Assembly: GCF_009914755.1 (NCBI RefSeq)
Contig: NC_060929.1
Length of the DNA: 64,000 nucleotides
Direction: 5' to 3' (one strand)
Source of the DNA: the human T2T-CHM13v2.0 reference genome, Homo sapiens
This document shows positions 41,663 to 55,514 of the stretch, in pieces. The translations under genes and the position numbers were made by a program. Below the pieces are notes generated by a model. It made no database searches, had not been told where the DNA came from, and saw only the letters and a program-made list of their open reading frames with translations. Numbering within the stretch: the first letter of the stretch is position 1; each line of letters begins with the position of its first letter.

Positions 41663-42937
41663 TCTAGCCATATTATCAATGGAAATTCATAAGATCCAGA
41701 GCCACAAATATCATGTGGCTTTGACTAATCAATTGTCTGTAGGTGAGAAAGAGAATAGTCTTTGTTTAGTATGACAATCTGTTGCCATAATTTCCTAAGA
41801 TGGCATTGTATAGTTAGTATTTTCTAAGCACTTCAAGTGTATTTTGCAAAAAGAATGTTATTTATTCATATATGAAAACATAAAAAACAAATGGGATAAC
41901 TTCTAAATATAAACATAGAGAAATGAAATCAACTTTAGTAGGTCATAAAGTTAACATGTTTCTAGTTTGTGTAAATAGTGGTTATATATCATATAGCTTG
42001 GCTTTTAAAAATTTTGTCCAATGTATTCTTTCTTAGGAAATTATAGTGGAATTCAATTGTCATTGGAGGACTGAACTTGCTTAACCAATTTTATAATGTT
42101 CAGCAGTACTTTGTTTTCAGAAAGAATAATTACAACAAGGGATTCTGTGTTTCAAAGTACATATGTATAGTGGGGTGATCTGCTAGAAATGTTATTCTAA
42201 CATATTAAATATCTCGATGAGTAGAACTAAAACTTTTGGCTTTTAAATATTGTAAGCAGTTTCCTACATCCCAAAGGATAAGATTTTAATGGGCTCTATA
42301 GACAGTCCTGTTCCTTTTTCTGGAGAACTTCTTGGATTTGGGTCCTTCAGCTACACAAGCATAAAACATAACTCTTCCCTTAAAGTTTTTATGAGCTACA
42401 AAATCACTATCAAATACAAAACCTTCAGTACACAAAGCGTTCACTTGCTAATGTAAACTGTAGCAGATAGTTGAACCAACATTTTGCTTTTAAGGCATTC
42501 TAGCTTTCTAATGATGAAGGATTTTTATTTATTTATGCATTATTTGGGTAGAAGAAAGGCCATGAGAGTTTGACAGGGTCAAATAGTTTCCTGGGCTTTG
42601 TAAAATTCAGAATGCCTGTTCTTGTGGTATTACGAGTTTTCTTTTTTGAGTAGTTGTTTCAATGAGGTAAGGTGAGATGGAAGGAATAGTAGAAGATACA
42701 CAGATATGATCTTCCCATTCTAGGGAGGAAAGCTGTGGAACCTGTGAAAAAAAGGAAATAGCTAGACAGGTGGTAGTATGGCACCACGTACACGAGGCTC
42801 ATGCACAGTCTGAAGCACAAAGACTACGAATTTTGGAAATGCACACAATACTGAATAATGTGCTCTAAAAAAATTCAGTGGGGCACATGGTGAGATCTGA
42901 AAGGCGCAGTTTCTCTGAGGGGAGTGAGCATTCCTAC

Positions 42938-43460
42938 TGTCAGATAAGGGAAAATCAGAATAAAAAATTTAAAGTGGCCTAAGATGGCTACAGGTTGGAC
43001 ATATGAGAAATACGAACTAGAGCTATGACCTAAAGCTGAACTCTAAGCTGCAAGGCTGGAATCTGTCAAATATTTCACTGGCCTGTACTGATTACAACTT
43101 TTGTCTATCAGATAAATCATAAAGGCAAGGTAGAATCAATCATCCCTCTCCAGACCCTAAGACATAGATATGCTCATTAACATTTTACCCTATATATGTT
43201 AACCACATATTTGTTTTATCTCATATACATGACTGAGCACCAGTCAGAATGGCAAGAATGTCATCTTTGCTTCACTACCTACTTCTCCCATTTTCTCTAT
43301 AACAGAACATGTAAACACCGTGTCTTGCGTAGCACACTCCAGCACACATTCTTAGTTTGATCTGTGTCTGTTTCCTGGGCTATTAGTTTGAACTTGGCTC
43401 TGAATAAAACTAATTTTAAATTTCAGTTATAATGCCTGCTATTTAACCTTTCAGTTGACA
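42938..43460 (+). mobile_element. ERV1-class solo LTR (523 bp; family uncertain, MER34/MER4-group-like)
   Basis: TGTCA...TGACA inverted termini, AATAAA near the 3' end, perfect 4-bp TSD CTAC (42934-42937, 43461-43464). Confidence 0.8.
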
Positions 43461-44842
43461 CTACTTTTAATTATTCTGGGGTGGGGGGGAAACCTGCAAC
43501 AGAAAATAAGACACCACAAGGGGCTCATATACTTGGGTAAGAAAAAAATATTTTATTCCTTCTAGACTTAGGTTTTGAAGCTTAACCACACTTGGAATAT
43601 ACCTAGCATATCCCAACATACATTTAATGAGTACTTATATGTCACTATGGAAATCTCTTAAATTTTTTTCTGTATAAAAAATCCTTATTACATAAGCAAA
43701 TGCTGCCTTACTATCCTGCACTCTGAAACATCCACTAGGAAACTGGCCAATCAAATTGGCCGAGAAAGTACTATGCAAAAAAATAGCTTTATATTGACAA
43801 ATAATTTAGTAACCACTGAATAAACATGTATGCATGTATGAAAATGTAAATGTATGCATTAGGCATTATCTAGCATAATTTTTTTGATAAAGATGTTTAA
43901 TATTGAAGATTATGAAGCCTTATTCTTTCTTCCAAGGCATTAAGTTTATATAATAAATACCTGTCACTAGCAGTACTCAGAATTTGAATAATAATGAGAT
44001 GTGCTTACATGCTTCAGATGCAAAAGATTAAAACATGATGTAACATACCCAACATTTACTTGAAATTCCTTAAACAAAAGCTATTCTACGTATACACCCT
44101 GAATTTGTCAGGTGCAGAAAGACTTAAAGAATTCCATTGTGGACACTTCATTTGGAGTGAAGAGTTAAGTATTAGGTCAGCTTTTACTTGACCTAATACT
44201 AAATAACAGAATTTATTATATAGAACAAATTTAAGAAAATATCCACAATAACATTAATTTAGTCATTTAATGTATCAGTTTGGATATTCCAGATTATGTT
44301 ATAGTAATTAATTCTCATCAGGAGGGTTCTCAGTGTAACCTAAACTGTTTTTGTAGTTTCAGATAGATTTCCATAAGCTTAAACTTTTGGGCTTTTTACA
44401 CACAGCACCAATGGCCTGCATGGCCTGGTGCGATGCTCACACTATGTCTTCTTCTCTTATCCACACAAACATACTTGGTATTCTGTTTATTGGTCTCCCT
44501 TTTCTACAACAGGTTCTGAGCTGCTATACAGGGATTCTGAAACAAAACTGTTTCTGATCCCAAATACTCCGAAAGGTTTTTGTTACTGTTGTTTTTTTGT
44601 TTGGTTGTCTATTTACCAGTAAATTAAAGGAATTAAACAATCTTCTAAGTATTTTGAAACTATCAAAAATGTGAAAGAGGACTTGTACAGATTTGTTTTT
44701 CATATTTACAATACATGAATTCTTCAAAGAAACATCTGCAAATTAAACCAAAATTAATACATTTAAATTCTACTCACAATAAGTTCATATTTTTCAAATC
44801 ATTCTGTGGTTTCTTTAGACAATAGGTCTGTTATTCAATAAA

Positions 44843-45054
44843 CCAGATGTCCACAAACTCTGACTTCCAGGTCAACCACTTGATTTTGTACGTAAAATTT
44901 TAGTAGAACACAGATATGCTCATTGATTTTAATATTGTCCATGGCTGCTGTCATACTATAGTAGCAGAGATAATAGTTGTTACAGAGACTGAATGGCCCA
45001 TAAGACTGACATATTTGCTTTCTGAACCTTTAAGAAAAAGTTTACCAAGCCCTG
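44843..45054. mobile_element. MER58A-like hAT-Charlie DNA transposon
   Basis: TTTTGTA..TAAAATTTTA..GAACACAG..ATGCTCATT..TATTGTCCATGGCTGCT..AAAAAGTTTACCAAGCCCTG. Confidence 0.8.
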
Positions 45055-45199
45055 CAGTAGACAAGATTGAAATGCTCCTAGCCAAACATGAAAATAAAAT
45101 TTTGAAGTAATGCCGATGCTAGCTATTCCTTGGAACCCTTCGCATGCTGAAGATTCTGCACTCGAGTTGATAGTGATTTTCCAGTTTATGGCAAGAGCA

Positions 45200-45700
45200 A
45201 GTATAGCTACTCACTTCCCCTTCCATACCCTGCTCTGTAGAACTGGGGATGGAAGACTGAAGCTGCATTCCACAGACTTCTTGTTGTTTGGCTTCCTAAG
45301 TCCAGCTAATGTGAGGCATTGGCAGGAGAACAGAAGATGAGAGAAGAGCTTTCAGTTGCTGATTGACAACAATGGAAGCTGTTAGAAGTTACCATCACAG
45401 CAACGGGGCAGGACAACTGCAGACTTCTGTAGCCTAGGCTGCAGCAACAACTTCTGCAGTTTCTGCATTTCCAGCAGTGCAGCAGCAGGGGCAGCCCTGT
45501 GGGCTCCAGCCTAGGGCTGTTGGTTGTTTCTTCATCTTAGAGTATCACCCCTTCTTCCTTTTGCTCCTCCAGTCTTTATCTTTTCCTCTCATTTATTCCT
45601 AGCCTTTCCAAAACATTGTGACAAAGTTCCTATAGTAAACCCTTCCTTTTTGAAATACCTAGCTGCTTTTCTATGTCCTCAGCCCTGCCCTTGCTGATAG
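45200..45700 (+). mobile_element. LTR33-like ERVL LTR relic
   Basis: CCCTGCTCTGT..CTGCATT.C.CAGACT..GAGGCATTGGCAGGAGA..CCTTTTGCTCCTCCAG..TTGAAATACCTAG. Confidence 0.6.
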
Positions 45701-46671
45701 AGTGCCCCATAGCACTCAATGCCATCTCCTTTCTTCCTCTCTTTAAATGACTGCAGTTTATTCACCCCTCCACCCCCAAAACCCACACACTCCACTTATC
45801 TATTTTAGGCCTCTAGAATCCTTATTGCTGTTCCCACATTCTGATCATAAATTTGGATAAATTCACTGCTACTCAGGCTTCAAGCTGATATAATGAATAG
45901 AGGGAAAATAGGCACCCAAAGTCAATAAGAAGCACAGGTGATGATGCCCCTGTGATTTGTGGGATTGTAAAAATACATTGTCTTCTGTTTTCCCTTTTTG
46001 CCCAAATCCAAATTTAGAAGAGAACATTCTGGGAATGTATACGTAAGAACTGCAACATGAAGGAACAAACAATAACCATGATAAAGCAAGCAGGCAAACA
46101 AAAAACAGCCCTGTGACTATAACCACAAAGCTGGGCAGCATATAATTCTAATTTAATAGTAGCTGGAAAAGGCTTCTCTCTACTCTATAGTCATGGCCCC
46201 CATGCTCAACATGGAACTCCTATATTTTAGCTTTTAAGTCATCATAAAATATTAAGGGGCCCATATTCTTTGACTCCCTAGGTTTCCAGAATTACTTGGA
46301 TTTTCTGAGCACATTTTCATTTCTTAGTGACACATGCAATGTCAATAGATTTTGGAAAAGTATTTCTCATGTTCCCTATTTACCTACAAAATTGTTCTAT
46401 GCATCTTTTCTCCAAGAAAGATTTAAGGATGAAGAAATTACTATGATACATTAAGAAAGGCCAAAGGAAGTATACTCTAATATATACCACATTATGTACT
46501 TAGGCTAAAAAACGTTTCATTCCTTTGTGATATTTTCTTCCTTCTGTGTAAGCAATTTGTCATATTTTCTAAAACCATGTTTTTAAGATTTTTCTTGGCT
46601 ACTCTTTAAACTTATTTACTTCTGAGGTATGAAAAACACAGTTCTCTTAGTTTGAGTGCAATGTGCACATA

Positions 46672-48052
46672 CATTAGGGAAAGAACAGCCTATTCAATAA
46701 ATAATTCTGGGAAAACTGAATATCAACAAGCAGAAAAATGAAGCCAGACCCCTCTCACCATATGCAAAAATCAACTCAAAATGAATTAAAGACTTAAAGC
46801 AAGACCCAAAACTATGGAACTGCCAAAATAAGAAACCACAGGGGAAATGTTTTGTGACATTGGTCTGAAAAAGGATTTTTTTTGGATAGGACCTCAAAAG
46901 CATAGGCAACAAAAGCAAAAATAAACAAATAAGATGACGTAAAACTACAAAGCTTCTGCTCAGCACAGGAAAAACAAAGTGAAGAGACAATCCACAATAT
47001 GGAAGAAAATATTTTCAAACTATGCCTCTGACAAGGGGTTTATATCCAGAATATATAGAGAACTCAACTCAACAGCAAAACAAAAAAACAAAAAAACAAA
47101 TAATTGAACTGGGCAAAAGATTTGAATAGAGATTTCTCAAAAGAAAATATACGAATGACCAACAAACATGAAAAAATGTTCAACATTACTAATCATCAGG
47201 GAAATGCAAGTCAAAAATCACAGAGATGTCACCTTACTGTAGTTAGAATGACTATTATCAAAGAGACAAAAAATAGCGAATGCTGGCAAGGATGTGGAGA
47301 AATGGGAACTCATACACATTAGTGGGAATGTAAATTAGTACTGCCATTATGGAAAACAGTACGGAGGTTCCTCAGAAAATTAAAAATAGAACTGCCATAT
47401 GATCCAACAATCCCACTAATGAGATTATATATCCAAAGGAAATGAAATCACTATGTAGAGATATCTGCACCCCTATGTTTATTGCAGCATTATTCACAAT
47501 AGTCAAGATATGGAACCAATGAATAACTGGATTTTAAAATGAGGCACATATACAGAATAGAATACTATTCAGTTATAATAAAAGAATGAAATCCTGTCAT
47601 TTGTGACAACTTGGATGAACCTAGAGGACATTATGCTAAGTGAAGTAAGCCAAGCACAGAGGGACAAATACTGCATGATCTCACTCATATGTGGTATCTT
47701 AAAAAGTCAATCTCATGGAAGCAGAGAACAGAATAGTGGTTACCAGAGACTGGAGAGGGTATGGGAGAGGAAGGAATGGGGAGAAATTGGTCAGTGGGTA
47801 TAAAGTTACAGTTAGGATGAATAAATTCTAGTGTTCTAATGCACAGTAGTGTGACTATAGTTAACAATAATGTATTGTATATTTCAAAAAACTAGAAGAG
47901 AGGATTTTGAATGCTCTCAGTAGAAAATGATGATAAATGTTTGAGGTGATAAATACGCTATTGCTCTGATTTGGTCATTACACAATGTATATATGTATTG
48001 AAATATCACACTGCACCTATAAATATATACTATTACTGTGTCAATTAAAAAC
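46672..48052 (+). mobile_element. L1MA-type 3' fragment (ORF2 end and 3' UTR)
   Basis: WAKDLNRDFSKE and TTWMNLEDIMLSEVSQAQRDKY. 3' UTR GTGACTATAGTTAACAATAATGTATTG. Confidence 0.88.
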
Positions 48053-48268
48053 AAGAAGAACTTATCCGTACTTCCCCACCCAACAGATGGAGGATAGCTT
48101 CTACCACCCCCGATGTGATTAAACAAAATGAGGGATTCTAAACCACATGGTAACAGATTCCTATTAAATAGTTAACAATTCCAGGAATGTGAATCATAAC
48201 AGAATCTATTTTATTTTATTTGTCATGATTCTATTTCGTTTGTGAACATTAGAATGCAGCATTTTTTA

Positions 48269-48567
48269 GGCTGGGAGCAGTGCCTCACGTCTGTAATCCC
48301 AGCACTTTGGGAGGCCGAAGTGAGCGGGTCACGAGATCAGGAGTTCGAGACCAGCCTGTCCAACATGGTGAAACCCGTCTCTACTGAAGATACAAAAAGT
48401 TAGCCAGGTGTGGTGGTGTACACCTGTAATCCCAGCTACTCGGGAGGCTGAGGCAAGCGAATCACTTCAACCCAGGAGGCAGAGGTTGCAGTGAGCTGAG
48501 ATCACAACATTGCACTCCAGCCTGGGCGACAGAGTGAGACTCTGTCTCAAATAATAATAATAATGAT
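48269..48567 (+). mobile_element. AluSg-like, tail converted to (AAT)n
   Basis: TCACGAG.TCAGGAGTTCGAG. 16-bp TSD AATGCAGCATTTTTTA (48253-48268, 48568-48583). Confidence 0.88.
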
Positions 48568-49749
48568 AATGCAGCATTTTTTATAAAAACAAAAACCACC
48601 ATGCATTCTTTCACACCACTCCTCTTCCTGTTGGATTCTGTTACATTTTGCACATTTACATAATGTTGAAGCTTTGCTCTGTACAGTCAGGTTGACACCA
48701 ATGTGTTGAAACTCTTGCTGTGAGCCTTACTATCTGCATGGTGTTAGGCAAGTTATTTGACATCTTAATGTTAGTTTTCTTGTCAGCAAAATGAAGAGAA
48801 GAATGCTAATAATTCTCTTAGGGCCTTGAATGCTCTAAGTTGTCTGTAATTGGTACGTATATATGTAAATGTTTATTTGAAAAATCAATACTTTGAAAGC
48901 AAAGAAAAATGGAGAAATCCCACACAAAAAGCATTGGGCTGAACAGGGAGCATGAGTTTAACCTAACCACTGGGACACTGAGCCAAGACTTTGCTGCTGC
49001 TTAAGCCCGTAAGACAAAGGTTGGAGAAAAACTTCACAAAGGGCTCCTCCAGGTGTAAAATTATTTCACTATGGTTAATTTCAAATGACAGAAATATGGT
49101 TTTACATGTTTTGTCCATTAAATATAACCAAGCTTAACTCTTTTCTGACACAGATGTCATTTTGTCTCTTCCTTGATTTTCCAGGTTGAAGAAGTCCCAG
49201 AGAATCAATTCCTGACCAAATTCCCCAATGATTAATGTGGGATTTTCTCATCTCAACATTTTATCCTCTTTTTTCATTTAATAACCAAAACAGAACATTA
49301 AATATTTACATCATGTGATATCTATGGTCAAATTACCCATTTCATTAATGGATTTACGATATGTTCATGCATTTAGTTTCCAGGAAAACGTCCATTTCAA
49401 TCTTCAGAGTGCAATATTTTTAATGTTTGTTAGTGAGACATGGCTTATTACACAGTTCAGTATGCAGCTCTGGCCTGAACTAATGCCAACATTACTGATC
49501 CAATGCAGAGCTATGCCTAGATGGGGAAAAAAATGTTTCAGAGAAACCCAAAACCATCTTAACTTACTATTCCTGGGAATCCTGACACCTTACTCATTTA
49601 AAACTCTACCAAGAAGTAAATTCTACTATTGGAAATATTCTAACACTAAAATAACACTGGATCTCACTAGATGAGCTCAATTTGGTTTAGTTTCTACCTA
49701 CTCATAGGGTATGAAAGATCCCATATATCTTATTTAAAATTTAAGACAA

Positions 49750-50490
49750 AATGAGAATGTAAATTTATATAGCCATTATGAAGAAAAATGTAGAGAGTTC
49801 TTAAAAATGAAAAATTACCATATAACCCACCAATCCCACTACTGGGTATTTATTCAAAAGAAAGGAAGTTATATATCAATGGGATACCTGCACCACCATG
49901 CTTGTTACAGCATTATTCTTAATAGCAAAGATTTGGAATCAACCTAGGTGTCCATCAAAAGATGAGTAGATAAGAAAAATGTAGTAAAAATAAGCAATGG
50001 AATACTATTCGGCCTTAAAAAAGAATGAAATCCTGTCTTTTGCACCAACATAGATGGAACTGAAGGTCATTATGTTAAGTGAAATAAGACAGGCACAGAA
50101 AGTCAAATATACATGTTCTCTCTCATATGTGGGAGCTAAAAAGTTAATCTCATGGAGGTAGAAAGTAGAATGATAGTTATCAGAGTCTGTGAAGAGTGTG
50201 TGAAAGGAGAGGATGAAAAGAGGTTGGTTAATGGATACAAACATAGTTAGATAAAAGGAATAAGTTCTAATGTTCAGTAGAAAAGTAGGATAACTATAGT
50301 AAACAACAATGTATTGTATATTTTAAGTTAACCAGAGGAGAGGACTTGAAATATTCCCAACACATAGAAATGATAAATGCTCGAGGTGATAAATATCCTA
50401 AATATCCTGAATTGATCATTACACATTCTATGCATGTAACAAAATACCACATGTACCCTATAAGTATGTACAACTATTATGTATCGATAT
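49750..50490 (+). mobile_element. L1MA-type 3' fragment
   Basis: CAATCCCACTACTGGGTAT..GATGGAACTGAAGGTCATTATGTTAAGTGAAATAAG..TTGATCATTACACATTCTATGCATGTAAC. Confidence 0.85.
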
Positions 50491-51424
50491 ATTTTTTAAA
50501 AAGATTTAAGGAATGAGGTTGGGGCTTGAGACACTGCTAACCTTCTGCCAGGACATGTGGATTCTACTGATAGATCCATTTGGTTTTTCTGAAACCAGCT
50601 CCTAACCAAGTCTTCAGGTCTCTTTTCCCATGTGACACCTGAACAAGTGAATGCAACTGCAGACATGATATTCAAATTTTGCTTGACGTGTCTCAGTAGC
50701 CATGATGGATTGACCCAAACAAGATTCAACAGGAATTCCTGCCTGGCGTAGTTCTCACTGGTTTAATTTGATTCGGTATTTAACAAAGGCTGCAGAGATT
50801 AAACCAATTTATGTTATTCTTCAATCCAAAAGCCCTTGGTGAGGTTTGCTGTTCCCTAGGTCTGAAAATTGCCAGTGTAGCTTACATGCACACTCATCAC
50901 CACCAATTGCTCCTCACTTTGGACATCTCAGAGCTATGTAGAGTTGTCGAGTTTATACTAGAATGGATTTTAATTTGCCCTTTGGAAGCCCCTATTATAG
51001 GCCCTTTACATGTGAATGGGATAGCTGGCTTTGGCCCGCTACTGTTCTAACTGTGGCAGTGTCAGCTGATGCCTCAAAATGTAATTGACTAGGACCACTC
51101 TACTTGCTCAGCCCTCCAGCTTGGACATGCACTTGCCCTGAAGCCTGGCAAGTCCATCTTTATTTTCTTCAAATTACATTATCAGATTTAAGAACCCTTG
51201 TGTCTGTGCTACTGTCTATTCTCACATTTAACCCAACAGATTCTGATTTCATTCTGTTTAATGGCCCAGCTTTGGCACTATTCATGCAAACACTAGTTAT
51301 AGTGTTTATTTGTCATGAGTTACAAACAGATGAGCATAAAACTCAGAAATAATAAGTGAACTTCCTTGTTTTTCTTTGCTATTTTATAAATCTATTCTGC
51401 CTAAGAGCAAAGAAGGTTTTCCAA

Positions 51425-51995
<571 letters not shown>

Positions 51996-52349
51996 TTTTT
52001 CAAAGAAGCTCTCTTTATAATCTTAGAGTTAAATTCTGTAACTTCTGAGATTTCTCATTACTCATTTCAGGTTTAAATTAAGATTTTCAGCTCAAAAATT
52101 AGGATTTCCTTTCTAAACTCTCTTATATCTAGATTACACTCTAAAACTCAGGAGCTATAGCAAGACTGTAGCATCGATAGTAGAATTGTCCACTTCATAG
52201 TCTTTACATATTGTGTGCTAGTGCTGCTGATATGTAAAATAATTATGTTATAGACTTTGTTTGACAGCATGCCTAGGCCGGTGCTATACAACAGTAATAT
52301 AACATAAACGATAGCTATTATTTTAAATGTTCTACAAAGCATATTCCTA

Positions 52350-52517
52350 GATTCATGTATAGCTTTTTAACTCCCCAAAAACCTAACTACTAATACCCTA
52401 CTGTTGACAGGTAGCCTTATGGATAACATAAGCAGTCAAGTAAAACATATTTTGTATGTTATATGTATTTTATACTTTCTTCTTACAATAAAGCTAGAGA
52501 AAATATTAAGAAAATTA
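52350..52517 (-). mobile_element. Tigger2 (TcMar) fragment, left piece
   Basis: CTCCCCAAAAAC.TAACTACTAATA.CCTACTGTTGAC.GG.AGCCTTA..GATAACATAA..CATATTTTGTATGTTATATGTA. Confidence 0.85.
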
Positions 52518-53369
52518 ACCTCTATTAGTTTGATATTAGAATTCTCCATTTTCCTTATTTTTTCTCTTCTTATTCATATCTTTGTGTTTTACTTTCAGTG
52601 AGACTTCATCAACTTCATGTTCCAATTCTTCTTTTAAATTTTTAATTTTTGCTATATTGTGAATGTATAAGAGCTTTTTCTTATTCTCTTCTAATTCTTC
52701 TTCTATTCCTATAGCATCCTTGACTCTCTGGGGATATTAATTATTGCTTTAAGGTAAATTTTCTTCTGTTCTTTGTTTGCTTGTTTTTTTTTTTTTTTTT
52801 CGAGCTTTTCTTTTCTCTCTGCTTCTTCTGTGATAGAACTTTCTAAAAAATCCAGACTCCGCTTTGCATTCATTTCTAAGACTGATACACTGAAACCCTC
52901 TGTGTTTGAGTGAGGCTTGATACTGCTGAAATCCAACCCATAGATGTTTTCCTTGGGAAAATACATGTGTGTGTGCATGCACTTGTATTCCCTTTCCTCT
53001 TTCTCCCTGGCCATTGTGATCCCCAGAGGAGGAGGCACCAGTCTTTTCCATTGAGATTTAAGTGTAGTAGATGGCCTTTGCTAGGGTAGGGAAAGGGAGC
53101 TGAGTGCCTTATCATTCAGGATGCAGCCTTTCACGTAACCCCTCTCTTTTGAGTTGGTTACTTCATCCAAGCTCTCTGCCATACCTTGTGTCTCTGAATT
53201 CAGAAGCCGTCTGGTTCAGCTGCTTCATAGAATAAATCTCTCCTCTCCTGCCAAAGTAAGAGAGGGACAATTACCTGGATGTCCAGGGTGGAGGCCTGGA
53301 GGTCGAACTGACTTTTTTGCAGACTTTCACCCAATTCCTCTGTTTTCAACTATACCACACTTCCACCTT

Positions 53370-53740
53370 TGCTATAGACTGAATGTGTGTGTCTGTTCCC
53401 TCAAAATTTATTTGTTGAAATTCTAACCCCTAGTGTCGATGGTATTAACAGGTGAGGACTTTGAGAGGTAACTAAGTCATGAGTGTTGAACCCTAATGAT
53501 TGGGATTAGTGCCCTTATAACGGGGACCTTAGAGAGTTTTCTCATTCCCTTCACACCATGTGAGGATACAGGAGAAGTTGGCAGTCTGCAACCTGGAAGA
53601 ATGCCCTCACCAAAACCCAACCATGCTGGCACCCTGATCTCAGACTTCCAGGCTTTGGAACTGTGGGAAATAAATTTATGTTGTTTATAAGACAAGCAGT
53701 CCATGGAACTTCGTTAGAGCAGCCCAAACTGACTGAGACA
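53370..53740 (+). mobile_element. MLT1A/MLT1A0 solo LTR
   Basis: TGCTATAGACTGAATG...GACTGAGACA. Perfect 5-bp TSD ACCTT. Confidence 0.9.
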
Positions 53741-54007
53741 ACCTTCCACAGCACCTGGTGTCCCTAGTTTTTTGGTCTGTCTGTGGCACTTCAGAATGCA
53801 TAAAATTGCTTCTCACTGGTATACTATCCACAAACACTTAACTTTCATCTTTTTAAGCTTTCTGTGATCTGCTAAATCAATTCCCAACATCTCGTATAGT
53901 TTTGTCTGTATATATTGTGGTTTGTGGTTGCATATGTTTTCCTAGTTTCACCAGAGTTGGAGTGTATATTCTGTTCTAGTTCTCCTTATTGCTTTGGGGT
54001 GATTTTT

Positions 54008-54295
54008 TTTTTTTGAGATGGAGTCTTGCTCTGCTGCCCAGGCTGGAGTGCAGTGGCACAATCTCCGTTCACTGCAAGCTCCGCCTCCCTAGTTCACACC
54101 ATTCTCCTGCCTCAGCCTCCTGAGTAGTTGGGACTACAGGTGCCCGCCACCATGCCCACCTACTTTTTTGTATTTTTAGTAGAGACGGGTTTTCACCGTG
54201 TTAGCCAGGATGGTCTCGATCTCCTGACCTCGTGATCTACCTGCCTCGGCCTCCCAAAGTGTTGGGATTACAGGCATGAGCCACTGCACCTGGCC
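54008..54295 (-). mobile_element. AluY (CpG-decayed)
   Basis: GCAAGCTCCGCC and CCGTGTTAGCCAGGATGGTCTCGATC. TSD TGCTTTGGGGTGATTTTT (53990-54007, 54296-54313). Confidence 0.92.
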
Positions 54296-54576
54296 TGCTT
54301 TGGGGTGATTTTTAAAGAGATGTAGGAGAAACGTCAACTCAAACCAGAAGTTCCTGATCCCTTCTTTGCCCCTTCCACTTCTACTGCTTAATTCATATCC
54401 TTATTGACTCTCACCTATACCTTTAAAGTATCATCTAGCTGCTCATCTTATCTCCAGTTATTTCTCCTACAATCCATCCTTCACATATAACCAGATCTGA
54501 TTGCACTCCTCCCCCAATTCAAGAACTTTCAATGACCATCTACAATAAAAAGAACTATGTTCTTTCCCAAAAAAAG

Positions 54577-54908
54577 AAGAAAATTATATTTACTATTTAT
54601 TAAGTAGAAGTGGATCATCATAAGATCTTCATCCTCATTGTCTTCACATGAGTAGGCTGAGAAGGAGGAGGAAAGGAGGGATCGGTCTTGCTAACAGGAG
54701 TGGCAGAGGCAAAAGAGGTGGAGGATGTAAAAGGGGAGGCAGGAGACACAGCTTCACTCAGTGTAAATTTACGGAATTACATTGTAATTTCTGTCTGGCT
54801 TTTTGTCTTGTTATTTCTTTAAAAATGTCTCTATATGGTACCAATCCTTCTTCCATTGTTTGCTTTAGTTTCAGTGCCCATTTTATAGGAGAGTCCATGT
54901 CATAAAAG
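54577..54908 (-). mobile_element. Tigger2 fragment, right piece, including a transposase C-terminal remnant
   Basis: ATATTTACTAT..ATTAAGT.GAAGTGGATCATCATAA..TCTTCATCCTC..GAGTAGGCTGAG. The minus strand reads FYDMD..ALKLKQTMEEGLVP. Confidence 0.85.
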
Positions 54909-55066
54909 ATCCAGGCCCTCTGTTGCCATCACATAGGAGCCTGTGGCATAGCGTTCATTCATACAACAGGAGTAACTCTGCCCAGGAAAGTGATTCACTG
55001 GCTTTAACACTTCCACAGCCTTCTGGTATGTTTACATTTTCTTCCTAACTCAGTAATAAAAGCCTT

Positions 55067-55375
55067 GGCCTGGTGAGGTGGCTCACGCCTGTAATCCTAG
55101 CACTTTGAGAGGCCAAGGCGAGCAGATCGCCTGAGCTCAGGAGTTCGATATCACCCTGGGCAACGTGGTGAAACCCCGTCTCTGCTAAAATACAAACAAT
55201 TAGCCGGGCGTGGTGGCGTGCATCTGTAATCCCAGCTACTCAGGAGGCTGAGGCACAGGAATCGCTTGAGCCCCGGAGGCGGAGGTTGCAGTGACCAAGA
55301 TTGCGCCACTGCACTTCAGCTTGGGAGTGAGACTCTGTCTCAAAAATTATAAATAAGTAAAATAAAATTAAAAAC
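55067..55375 (+). mobile_element. AluS (Sz6-like)
   Basis: Dimeric Alu with GAGCTCAGGAGTTCG. Degenerate tail. TSD AAAAGCCTT/AAAAGTCTT. Confidence 0.85.
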
Positions 55376-55514
55376 CAAAAAAGTCTTAGAGTCTTAGGGA
55401 CAGTTGCTGTCAGATATTAAGACTGAATGAGGCTTAATGGTAAGCATGTGGCAATTCACTAGAGGTGGGGAGAGGAACACTGAAGAGGATGGGTATCTTG
55501 TAGAACACAGGAGG

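Larger units (their letters stand above)
52518..54576 (+). other. Putative L1-mobilised retrocopy or orphan transduction of non-coding DNA inserted in Tigger2
   Basis: Flanking direct repeat AAGAAAATTA (52508-52517, 54577-54586), preceded by TT. AATAAA at 54544-54549. A7 run at 54569-54575. Confidence 0.6.

Noticed and set aside
49160-49674. Splice-acceptor-like TTTTCCAG|G and a 119-aa ORF
   Set aside because: No recognisable protein similarity or matching donor site. Such signals are expected by chance in AT-rich DNA.
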